DNA from: an uncultured bacterium
GTDB lineage: Bacteria > Verrucomicrobiota > Kiritimatiellia > RFP12 > CAIWXQ01
Assembly: GCA_903861045.1 (NCBI GenBank)
Contig: CAIOST010000191.1
Coordinates: 23,116-87,115, forward strand
DNA length: 64,000 nt
Direction: 5' to 3'
Each line of letters opens with the position of its first letter. Position 1 is the first letter of the stretch. Position numbers and translations under genes: made by a program. Of this stretch, positions 63,301 through 64,000 are shown one piece after another. The notes under the pieces are model-generated. The model was not told the origin of the DNA. It ran no database searches and saw nothing but the letters and a program-made list of their open reading frames with translations.

Positions 63301-64000
63301 CCACCACCAGCGTGTTGCTGGCACCACCGGTGCCGTCGAACTGGAGCGCACGGAAGACATACGGACTGGTCGACTTGATCGGGTCGGTACCATCCAGGAG
63401 TTCCTCTCCGTCCGCGATACCGTCGTCGTCGGTGTCGGCCTTAGCCGGATTCGTATGGTAGAGCTCCTGTTCATTGCCGTTCGAAACACCGTCGTTGTCA
63501 AAGTCCTCGTCGTAATCGCTGATGCCGTCGAGGTCAGTGTCGGCCACGAATGGATGCGTCCCTGATAGGAACTCATAAAGGTTGCTAAGCCCGTCGTGAT
63601 CCGAATCGCTATCCGCGCCATTGGGATCGGTATCGGAGAGCGGATCAAGACCCATGGCCTCTTCCCACCAGTCCGGCAGGGCATCGGCGTCCGTGTCGCC
63701 CATCGGTACGTAGTAGTTAGCGCGCGTGACTGTGGCGCCACCCTGCAGGCGGCCGGCGTGCGCCCAGCCGTACTTCCAGTCGCTGTTGACCGTAAAGTCC
63801 TCCACCGACATGCCACCGTCATCGAAGCGGAAGTTAGCGGTAAGTCCAGCGGCGGTGCCTGGCCCCGTCGCGCCCTTCTTGATGATATTGCCGACATTGA
63901 GGCGGCCACCCGTAACCGTCTTGCCGTCCAGCGCGGCGACGGCATCCACACCGCCGAGCAGCGTCGCCTTAACAGCGTCATAGCTGAGCGTCGGCTCGAC
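36392..64000 (-). CDS. giant multi-domain LamG/TSP3/subtilase polyprotein, 3' portion (>=9185 codons; N-terminus beyond right edge)
   Basis: Single stop-free reading frame across 27.6 kb. About 20 LamG_3-like units end in L(D/E)EVRIW, with clustered DxDxDGxxDxxE thrombospondin-type-3 Ca-binding repeats between them. Embedded I9+S8 module at 41110-42340. The first codons in the window are an S8 C-terminal tail, so the gene continues upstream. Confidence 0.85.
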   Translation of the reverse strand, partial: VEPTLSYDAVKATLLGGVDAVAALDGKTVTGGRLNVGNIIKKGATGPGTAAGLTANFRFDDGGMSVEDFTVNSDWKYGWAHAGRLQGGATVTRANYYVPMGDTDADALPDWWEEAMGLDPLSDTDPNGADSDSDHDGLSNLYEFLSGTHPFVADTDLDGISDYDEDFDNDGVSNGNEQELYHTNPAKADTDDDGIADGEELLDGTDPIKSTSPYVFRALQFDGTGGASNTLVVADKINGRSTARLSLDTFTIEAAVRPEFTNSATAGLCPIISRKVELTGKLNYEIGLTNGRPYLRFDADLAQNGATNNTTIWLVGGTALPVHEWSHLVGRFDAVKGLATLLVNGTPVAGRLITAVAVQGAGDLTLGSAGFAGCLRDIRIWKVAQSDLQIREFMSHNLLFGNVASLAGYLEVNGGGHLKENSTTLQSNGDPMDLLRQNWTLECWVRTDAAGRLILRRNISERTDDDFNYYLAIEDDGTLLGRFAAEWEVWVFNADAIPVLDHIEVNFNVNNIHGEIAVNDGQWHHVAYVRDNERCRLYVDGMLDATQERLLVVQPPVGWVGAAWVRAMVGPCIFGEDLSGAMDEIRIWNRGLPSPELATFDERGNVVGGVGSHNLTGTERGLISYFNFDFQLREVADERAVVRDPESEYGIFIGDATNMTGRVDVPPITYDPLLTFQRVALVGLFPADDGGQLLEDFTYRLGVEPYSFEAYAGATPGTSPRKIDTNHVRFIDLTPTNWPYVPDSDGDGMLDWYEVKYHLDPGNMSGEDGPDGDLDNDGLSNLFEYYAGTNPRNPDSDGDGLKDGADDEDHDGLSNRDEQTLFGTDPGYLDTDDDGIADGVEVQNGSDPANSLDPLTYRALSLPGAGAYLELPDQARFGLTDWTVEAWVWPSNTWSTNGFVIYRQVATDVMNYYLGLTANRQPFCGYGDASAPLLTLTEGVSTSAWTHLAATYECGTHQLRLYVNGAEAGRVTLAQQTLATGVGAVQQRVGAGFVGLIDEVRVWSTNNSASLIESKRTVALRGTERGLVAYYRFDDGANTNGVSGSGVVGHEVEDFVTTYAQDWRNGWANAATLRNGARVADQTTAGLFTSGLRGSQMDAILRAANLTIDVDSDGDGLPDGWELAYQYAHGVPSGSTNATTPATTVQVLNAFDAADREGDADGDGLSNISEYRAGTNPLEGDSDEDGVADGLEDADNDGIVNRDEQDFYGTDLGNPDTDDDGLSDKQETALGFDPVDPGSPYVMRYIHNDGTGYIAVPGHISRLDPNGSRFDLSQWTLEAMIRLQQAPTNNAVVIGRYCEPNGLVSFELGVTTNCHVYVRFQDAAGNEYKAESLLAIATNTWISIAGRFGALEEGGAVKLSVFVGANEAARVIANVLPASGKESGDLILAKNLAGDLDEVRIWRTVRGNDEIAALRDKVLTFGTDVARAGSLSSSGGDLLVFDSSDVALPIWTLQAWVKPAAGGGVIMRRDSDNLTAYQLGLSGIGQPMLTIGFYAPVYQEVAPPLLADPLANLLAEPTVEVFNVPASFTLTAQAAQLKQDEWAHLMVSFDGNKISVVVNGRIMARESFPPANVFDPRITWGTDPAAILGWAGAPVALTGSGSLTMGSGFSGLIDEVAIYSRVRAPAEVAAELGKRPSLDALALYFDFDNIKATSLPYVDARVGGNFGVLMGSAQLPVDTDANAPVLMRPLDVLRSELAGYWPMDDGRGTNRVGAVEDFLHTDQPAYRGTLVPTTNAIDFVSLNPLDLSRATTNVPNFYNWMLSLPAGHPQRLDADGDGMPDVFEMYFGLDANRSSDGQTDADGDGLTNLQEYYAGTDPFFWDTDGDGVSDYDEDADGDRLSNGEEQDLYGTNPGLMDTDDDGVGDGDEVNPLVVKADGRRITSPVDARSPLVQRSLVLDGTVVTVPQDERFNVGAWTLEAWVQLASSNETGTVVARTLTTGQTNFALRVVNNQPVVEFTTAAGMHYFAGGTNAAALPANTWTYLAGVFDPDRHTLVLYINGCAYQAQTVISACAQGTGQTVIGGGLIGHVDNVAIWGVDRTAADIADGMGGLLGFGSQGGIVLPEDVQRKTFGLMTVVLGDRAFADEVVSYVEGGPTNKHTNPALAIGVPEYWADATNQFVSLGEGGSLVVKFTDNFLVGNGDGSPDLAILMGGAIAGVKVDISADSIVWTRMGTFGLGSNGCVTVDIDQVPSTAGQQFAYVRLSDTGGNNYGDEAPGVDVSAIFAISSTLPDRPLAWYTFDDGGTSAEDFTHRLEWQYAISTTNVTSSTFADFAGELDLDHDGLPDWWEKLYFADGATPTGDSDHDGLNNLYEFYSDTNPMAGDTDNDGVLDAVEDFDGDGLSNGDEQVEGSDPRLPDTDDDGVLDGDELYTSPASALAPLLDRVLVVDGASTSYVELPPQLRFAATNWTIEAWICPTSLPATTATIIGRSVEPGVWNYFLGMDTAGRLVTKFTAGNHVADVGICYSNALSTGVWTHVAASFNSGSGYLNITVNGVVEQELYVSKTDAQNGVGPISTVVGESFAGYLDEVKIWNVCRPAPSLAKLATPITGMSTGLVAYLRFDDGTSTNTSRKVGWNTGQVEDFMCPQDWKTGWRHAGTLRGGAAMVLNPASGPVRDSLGDSDGDGLPNGWEVFYGLNSRSSGGADGANGDPDGDGLSNLYEYWAGTDPRIVDSDGNGTVDGLEDADGDGLSNAEEQRHQTRPDMVDTDDDGLSDGDELNMGTDPRSSISPYVMRYVQNETGSGVLTVDGIIPGKDETGERFNLETWTIEAGVRLRQLPSESKTNVILIQRKAGLSGYVTFELGIDTNNLPYARFQSDLGREYKVSSWRPMVTGEWVSLSARLASGGQDQHRQLDLFYQTVWTATQLPADVHPVLGKQNVPLAIGTNLRGDVDEVRIWTVGRTDAEITKLRNRTLLFGEDVATLGVLSLTNGFLQRNTQDKVRLSRWTIQSWFKTTRGGTIVQREAGLADDAKPIYNYKVDITPEGNVEASFDFKAYVQPNRGWYYWYGNNNMARWATVKLTSSTTLGDGNWHFVSFSFDGKDAALYVDGMVQDVITMDTENDLPNMAAVTWHMAPNEGDRPGGYTKFGNYNPYYYYWYWYDFGYNLNPDTADTFSLATQDGLFTIGNKFVGILDEIRVFDQGMSVDAVAATQYRKASPTDPHLAAYFDFDDVGVAKPDSIMDKTGTGAFTYLIDAVAVGNGANVNAPVQYSPIEVVGYKLAGYWPMDDGAYAGRTRGQVEDFIHRMDFSYAGTFSHTNAIHFVDVTDDDSLLGVDSDRDGMPDWFEALYNLDPNSSQSLDHPEITSSGDLDGDGLSNYYEYLSGTDPRSRDSNSDGIPDNREDYDGDGLDNATEQVFGSDPRLADSDDDGIDDQTEVLNHWNPGLSTSPLVDRVLHLDGAATGGVQLPSQARFELPSWTVEAWICPTGWTSGAKLISSLAASNAYNYSLGLSASGQVQAQFTSYDKSASVSLTYTNPLYLNEWRHVLAAFDADTGRLWLEVDGEIVADMVTTKRPALNGLGFPVTTVGAGFAGYMDEVRIWSLYPGARSLGALRQIQLEPPSTMIAYLRFDDGTAYQGGATGTSLCPTWSHGQVEDFTKPSDQNSGWANAGTLLGNARSVDAPLGAPINPTLLDYDQDGMPNGWEASHGLNPYDTKGENGPAGDPDGDGLSNLYEYLAGTDPHAVNTGATGVSDALKDSDGDGLSNIDEQTRGTNPGRRDTDDDGLTDSEEVAMGTDPLNSLSPYVMRYIRNENGNGTITVPASVPGTDEVGERFNLATWTVEATVRLNQLPSATGKNAILVQRRARVGGADYVTFELGIGTNNLPYTRFESDRGVEYKVEAGADRVLATNVWTTLTARLGKEAGEAETKLDLSFQGNALSRVITEATPALGRQYRPLVMATNLCGDLQEVRIWNVARPYGEIARLRDRTLLFGEDVAALGVLALDGSGWMTRGDQRDVALNQWTVSAWFKTTQAGTIIDRDSGSGDDGQPISNYRLSVDADGFAQATFAFQARVDAGWGYYWGWDEAVYRWATATLQGDITVADGEWHFMAFTFDGKDAAMSVDGIAQDAITIDPKNNLPAIGDVTWHMAAGDPAVPRKYLANNNNNYGLNNGWDYYGYSYWYGYWPSWGGNGYYGWNETDQPYYAATNAGLLTVGKKFVGDVDEIRIFDRGLTGSEIEAQRLTKILPSVPGLISYFDFDNVSLRGAKFVEDTAARVIYGTLVEGASVRYGSLVNAPIAYSPIQVLSSRLAAYWPMCDGMDPANRSGQVEDFVHLRDGNYAGTFSATTAIHFTYMDRQYLTNYVANVAAWANETPFRLDSDGDGMADWFEQRFNLDPDRIETVNHPEYAASYDLDGDGLSNLQEYLCGTDPRMPDSDHDGLVDGEEDSDGDGLSNAAEFALGSNPLNADTDDDGVSDGDEVNPSIYKADGRRITSPVCAASPAVSRSLVLTGTGVRDPVAGVSVGSADRFNLTNWTVECWINLASTNETGNLVAHVNAAGRLTLGLRVTHNIPAVQFETATGLLVQAGGTRSLPSNTWIHLAGTWSAEARSLSFYINGESYQAQQSLLPPAMGDGTLLVGEGVQGHLDELRCWNVVRSFDQIATYADQIAAYSASVAESNEFVGTFTPATYSGVYVQMGDRAFADAVVAYRDGGPNNQWTNTAAVLGAPDYINYLTGAQHGLALGQRGTVTLQFTDNALIGDGTVAPDLYVWGCNGEVEGVTLEISQDGEKWVTIGNIGGALSAVDIDASVAKGQIYRFVRLTDNGQNSYAMDDGAPGADFDAVAALSSVPLTANNLGLVARFSFDDGGLTAEDAMHPLDWQDALHGVTFTTNSFAPVFGDVDSDTDGLPDWWEQLFFGSLVAEPDGDEDGDGLCNLYEYYCDTNPKARDTDNNGVLDGDEDFDGDGLKNLDEQSHGSDPRLRDTDDDGKSDLEEKVAGYNPGSSLSPQVSRGLVLSGSATNYVAMPTLGERRFGVTNFTLEAWVRPVAGLNDACTLLYRELEPGVTNYFLGLDGNRRPVVGFGSNTLIAPLAIPAGTNWTHVAATYMVQGQYLRLYTNGVEVTNKICSHNPRTSGMGPVVQRIGQRFAGVLEEVRIWNVVRTAEEIAALRARVLTGAESGLVAYYRFDDGTSCQAGTVGTSMQAGWFTGQIEDFATNYRHDWRQNWRHAATLVGGATFTNFAAGEAPFVVDVDTDGDGMPDWWENLYTGCGLNPNDASGIAGADGDPDGDGISNIQEYLAGSNPCIPDVLTISPKPVTVQVGHSVTLTISRPASLAASNMSYQVLSSDTSLFTVNAESVTLAAGATNATITITGVALAEGMGLHDGVLTIGGQTVMVTVYNGLGLTLLLDVDTGGNVAAGDTVTMQVHRNRSVGSQEQPQAVYLLSSDPAALTVPEMVTIPAGFDDGYFPLTGVSVTSNVLVTAMAVGYPVAYMTLPVIPPTITTWQQGVQVSPVRLLAGQPSVFDLHRPITEVGAELALQVSVVGLTGTVTFLPQVPLISISLTPNALPPNVNWTSNLMLLVSGTWTNEIPVFVHNGRDNDFDGLTDETESLIRTDPLEPDSDGNGLGDYYEDFDGDGLSNGDEQDIFGTNPALTDTDDDGFADGEEVGARLSPSLAAYGVTNRVSGPADSLSPWIPRSLVLGATNVPNGYTVPGADRFTFTAVTRGGPVVTIAAPQDGAQIPVRYTAVQGSVATTTPLSHVRLYNNDLFVAELTLDAARAFDYTAIIRSGVNKLTVVAVDTEGLVGTASVTITGTFAPADIRVTQEWDQPGDLDTWLVDPLGRHMGWTARGPGLPADAGPNLRIPGSFLDIDDIPGTGPENITVARGFATTGVYNVWMDNYSNRSLPNSRVRVLIKEGQPGEKYVEFGPQSIPVSDGNGNNAQAWWHTTDITWPDGTMSPPGTPVSGSSDQTISDEGLGFNAAKGWTIEAWVKLGSASQSGAIARYLLVNGTQSFVAGISSNRPYLMVRGAGGAAYELLANALPTNAWVHLAFVYGEGRKAIRIHENGMLICAREMNESRNVQSGTLALDAPLVMGGATNRFTQAKLDDLRFWNLARSGGLISENMHAFVDGAVSLVAGYHFDDGGLTIEDMKHPNEAAYALTGPVDIVTDAKPGADGLWGTADDVAAGAGADGQNDAVTATDWAPVYGLRDADGNGLPDWFQQLYGVIDGSSDTDDDGLINLYEYWCGTNPLEKDTDGNGTPDGEEDFDRDGLNNAAEQAAGTDPRLADTDDDGLTDALEVRYDMDGADAASPALTSVLRLDGQPTSYVLAAPDAQQALSSFDISAWVFPTSRPSGTAEIVARQVADGRYNYCLGLTSNYVPFVQFATPTTNVTLTAPELSALPANQWGVVRAIFDATSGKLSLYQGSAVAPQALVAAAITELRPLTMALGPAALRIGRGFAGMLDDVVVRGGSVPVLEYHFDDNTAAADARVTNHIYAAATYYGSGRQGWAQGGQVQNAAVTADWANHWIHAGTLVGGATFFGNFGTDASELPGTLDSDGDGLADWWEIQYGLNPYSSDSFGDGVQDGARDLSSSGVSVAYIYLMDADGKLRQDPRDPVWQPTGQLLGSELAPVYWAMGTTNGLTNAEKERYGLHPLLADTDDDGISDFDEVRGTTAHQFTLPNASLSPAKSGALMLSGTGYVKLPVNQTRLALNGSWTVEAWVNPDPAFPGNGCVIQRGLGTTVNYELGFTNHLPYVRLAGVFHGVLYNRIAQGATTLSRSNQWYHLAGVYDADAGKLRLYLDGRLAAQTAVEVLPSLAYGSAAPVVRVGEGFCGLLDEVRIWAVAESVASLSAGAYQTYENMVNGPALYYRFDDGPFGVSSTTNAFGLAINRVEDFAAPRADWLNNWAHAGELIGDALLVSTHTPIAATQFVDQDSDELPDAWEIAAFGSISTYTGADDADGDGLNNYYEYRARLNPLAAATFGGLVADAELDADGDGLSNGLEQQLGTMPDLADTDDDGTPDYQEVMGTSILAPGMTDPLSSLSPMVNRSLSLDGNARVLVPPQARHAMDEQFTLAAWVWPTNGAEGIIVARTLTDGLVNYELGVANRAGVLRPYIRYSTLTNGVPGEMRVEANQAGTVMLNGMDHFDEIAAQKWTHLAASYQAASNALKLFVNGELVAWRKDVYVAPVTGAGANMALGGELTIGGGRLSANGVGVASGFEGLLDDVRIAAFAYNGDAIRQMAGGQQVSFSNTTAAASAAVSRQQASSSAQVLATGASADELIIGLKPTGGRLAVAPLAQSFAGVSVVKSFNIIPALHVRITDGSDLATKMAALRADSRVAYVEQNYALQLCETTPNDPLFRQQWALRNLGTNGPGGGVAGADIDAPTAWDVSHGKGSVVVAVIDTGIDYTNPDLKNNMWKNPGEIAGNGIDDDGNGYVDDVYGYDFGAGDADPMDDLIGHGTHCAGIIGASGNEGSGLCGVNWNVKLMALKIADNVGGLSLSAALAAIEYAWKMGARVSNNSWAGYQYSQALYDAILTAGNNDHLFVAAAANDANDNDATPAYPASYDLDNIIAVAATDNRDALAYFSNYGAQTVDLGAPGVDILSTLPMGGSEMGRSNGLASGTSMAAPQVVGAAALVLSVDNRLGYAALKAAILNNVDPDPALAGKTVTGGRLNVGNILPKLGGGGGGAVVVNGLAGWFRFDDGGTTVEDFTLAADWRRDWRYAGQLSAGAVLATSEVVKTTGDSDGDGLPDWWETANGLDPFSASGNDSADGDPDGDGLRNLYEYLAGTNPLQADSNNNGISDYDEDADGDGISNGVEQDLTHTNPGNADTDDDGRNDGAELSGDTNPADSSSPFMLRTLAFTGAATGNIVTVQDKVNNRFTARHSMSAWTIETYVKLDAIAAGVMPLISRRTYDKNLRNYELGLSNGVPYAAFDTDLSGASVVATLLPGNRLATNQWVHLAARFTISNSGLDNELALFVDGVKVANTFVGWQSAIGPGDVIFGGPGFRGKLTNIRLWKIAQDDQSIADNRASTLLVGSGNTTAGRLQLSGNGHLKETATSLLPNGDSVDMLREDWTLECWVKTTAGGGRLITRRSQSNETDDNFNYCLGLSGQGTLLGRYALAYGVWHTGANGIEWLSGLDFNVNDIEGEIPVNDGNWHHVAYIRDANACYLYVDGLLDTKQERMYMPDIPNIIPDPMNFWYVNAAAGPCVFGETLVGEMDEIRIWNRALASAEMAGLDDKGKLVSGLATRNLSGNERGLVTYFNFDFQVGITADERSALRNPDTEYGVYIPDARVLRGLIGSVPITTDPMLSMQRVALVGMFPCTDGGTTLEDFTYRMGVEPFTFDAYAGKLGAGVYFTTNANATADYPFNADSDGDGLPDWWENQYGLDPSGGDDNNGTWGDPDHDGLCNAAEYLAGTDPRRPDSIGNGFLDYDNRWSDQDLTFGELYTPMDSLPPAWKAKHGLLPYEYEAANDPDKDGWSNYGEYMSGSDPMAASVKPQPALVATIWYGGEASGEIRIESYTTDLRDGTPDAIFVAPGPTGAVQTVSLSAADIEEGGLREGQNWFFAYMDVDGSGSWNAGEPCGYAIYQPVTVGWSAVAVEFMLQDAPIGFPRLKWTLPEGVTSSRVQVDYIWMQAGSTQYTTVADITLRAPRAYVTEADLVHIGKLTGLGTPPKSGDYVPQYRWSVMHNPSGRLDTFVPSIPYATFQQRWTTASFDTPTIIAPLNATVHTLPLQFEWTAADDVAAFALEVRQTSMTGPVILSAVIRAPFYRDDGGVAHYCYKPQYAEPGFLSMADGVYYWRVTPKNNPNILGDSYTAWSRVVLDTTGSSLPGNGQQQVAVMGPYSISGTLEYFGKVANHATDERVFNGVGGAIKVFSNKALTNSVVTAGTLSLRLSRAGMASNLVVFTDVGAITSNLTSVTLRVDTNNSSAAWLNSQCTVDYVSGKILSVAFPLVPNNTDNFLATYDYHGNPFIVQAYRVQDVPGFSGRPVAQVILQKKGAFTFSGLPSGNYALLGFLDLNGDGLLNTPETWGFVRNQVPDDGAGNQEIRTFSVGPSVLPAAGVKLMLRDRDTDNDKLPDSWEVQNFGSIAAHSGEEITWKGYALWRDYADGPMDASPNLMDSDYDGLPDGVELALGLNTHSPCSLGGHIGDLDAYLGDGKLFEIPGITASALGAPLLSWRSPTVYIYPIVYTVWRSTNLSQWVVAGTLQAQPGEAAQMRSFTDESAPAGAFYRVSAALLMP
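41110..42100 (-). other. subtilisin-like S8 peptidase catalytic domain inside the giant ORF (catalytic triad intact)
   Basis: Asp box VAVIDTGIDY (~41925), His box GHGTHCAGIIGA (~41752), Ser box GTSMAAPQVVGAAAL (~41275), terminal GGRLNVGNIL (~41120). Confidence 0.85.
42110..42340 (-). other. subtilase propeptide (inhibitor I9-like) domain inside the giant ORF
   Basis: FAGVSVVKSFNIIPALHVRITDGSDLATKMAALRADSRVAYVEQNYALQL: classic propeptide fold ending in VAYVEQNY, directly upstream of the catalytic domain. Confidence 0.75.
46300..46700 (-). other. proprotein-convertase P-domain-like segment of the giant protein
   Basis: QEWDQPGDLDTWLVDPLGRHMGWTARGPG...GVYNVWMDNYS...SRVRVLIK resembles the DLxIxLxSPxGT P-domain core. 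Confidence 0.4.
47400..48250 (-). other. bacterial Ig-like (Big-type) domain region of the giant protein
   Basis: VLTISPKPVTVQVGHSVTLTIS...ATNATITITGVAL...VTMQV...TLPVIPPTITTW beta-strand periodicity typical of Big_2-like domains. Confidence 0.5.
63880..64000 (-). other. C-terminal tail of a second (upstream) S8 peptidase domain at the window edge
   Basis: Reverse complement of 63880-64000 reads VEPTLSYDAVKATLLGGVDAVAALDGKTVTGGRLNVGNII, near-identical to the end of the internal S8 domain (AALKAAILNNVDPDPALAGKTVTGGRLNVGNIL). Confidence 0.8.

Noticed and set aside
36674-63983. Many plus-strand ORFs and one minus-strand alternate-frame ORF of 60-520 aa inside the giant gene (for example 47885..49126, 57644..58996, 61130..62701, 63265..63981)
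   Set aside because: All are antisense or out-of-frame readings of the minus-strand mega-ORF. Their translations are Arg/His/Gly/Pro-rich with no domain signal, typical of high-GC shadow ORFs.
36392-64000. CRISPR array or DNA-level tandem repeats within the giant locus
   Set aside because: Periodicity exists only at the protein-domain level (TSP3, LamG). Repeat units are divergent in DNA. No direct repeats with unique spacers are present.

Overview
High-GC (~65%) bacterial chromosomal window in two parts, with one standout locus. Part 1 (1-20.1 kb, all minus strand) is an unbroken ribosomal superoperon. The order is rpsL-rpsG-fusA-rpsJ-rplCDWB-rpsS-rplV-rpsC-rplP-rpmC-rpsQ-rplNXE-rpsN(Z type)-rpsH-rplFR-rpsE-rplO-secY-adk-map-rpmJ-rpsMKD-rpoA-rplQ, followed by the 5' part of a kup K+ transporter running off the left edge. 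tuf, infA and rpmD are absent from their usual slots. rpmJ (37 aa) is present but missing from the ORF track. Part 2 (20.1-36.4 kb) starts with a divergent intergenic region that contains an AT-rich perfect palindrome, an unusual ~80% GC inverted-repeat island and a sigma-54-type promoter, followed by amtB-glnK. Downstream are a metallophosphoesterase and a minus-strand fabH-fabF-fabZ-etfB-etfA-acyl-CoA dehydrogenase cluster. Then come tRNA-Leu(CAA), yggS, a TAXI-type TRAP receptor, recR-ybaB-dnaX and aroE. The standout is 36392 to beyond 64000 (minus strand): one uninterrupted ORF of at least 9185 codons (>27.5 kb) that is still open at the window edge. It is built from about 20 LamG_3-like jelly-roll domains (recurrent LDEVRIW motif) separated by about 13 thrombospondin-type-3 Ca-binding linkers. 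Embedded in it are a complete subtilase zymogen (I9 propeptide plus S8 catalytic domain with intact D/H/S), a second S8 C-terminal tail at the window edge, Ig-like and P-domain-like segments, multi-kb internal paralogy, and two extraordinary Tyr/Trp/Gly/Asn low-complexity loops. I read it as a giant modular, possibly self-processing, surface or secreted polyprotein; this architecture is the most likely undescribed system in the window.
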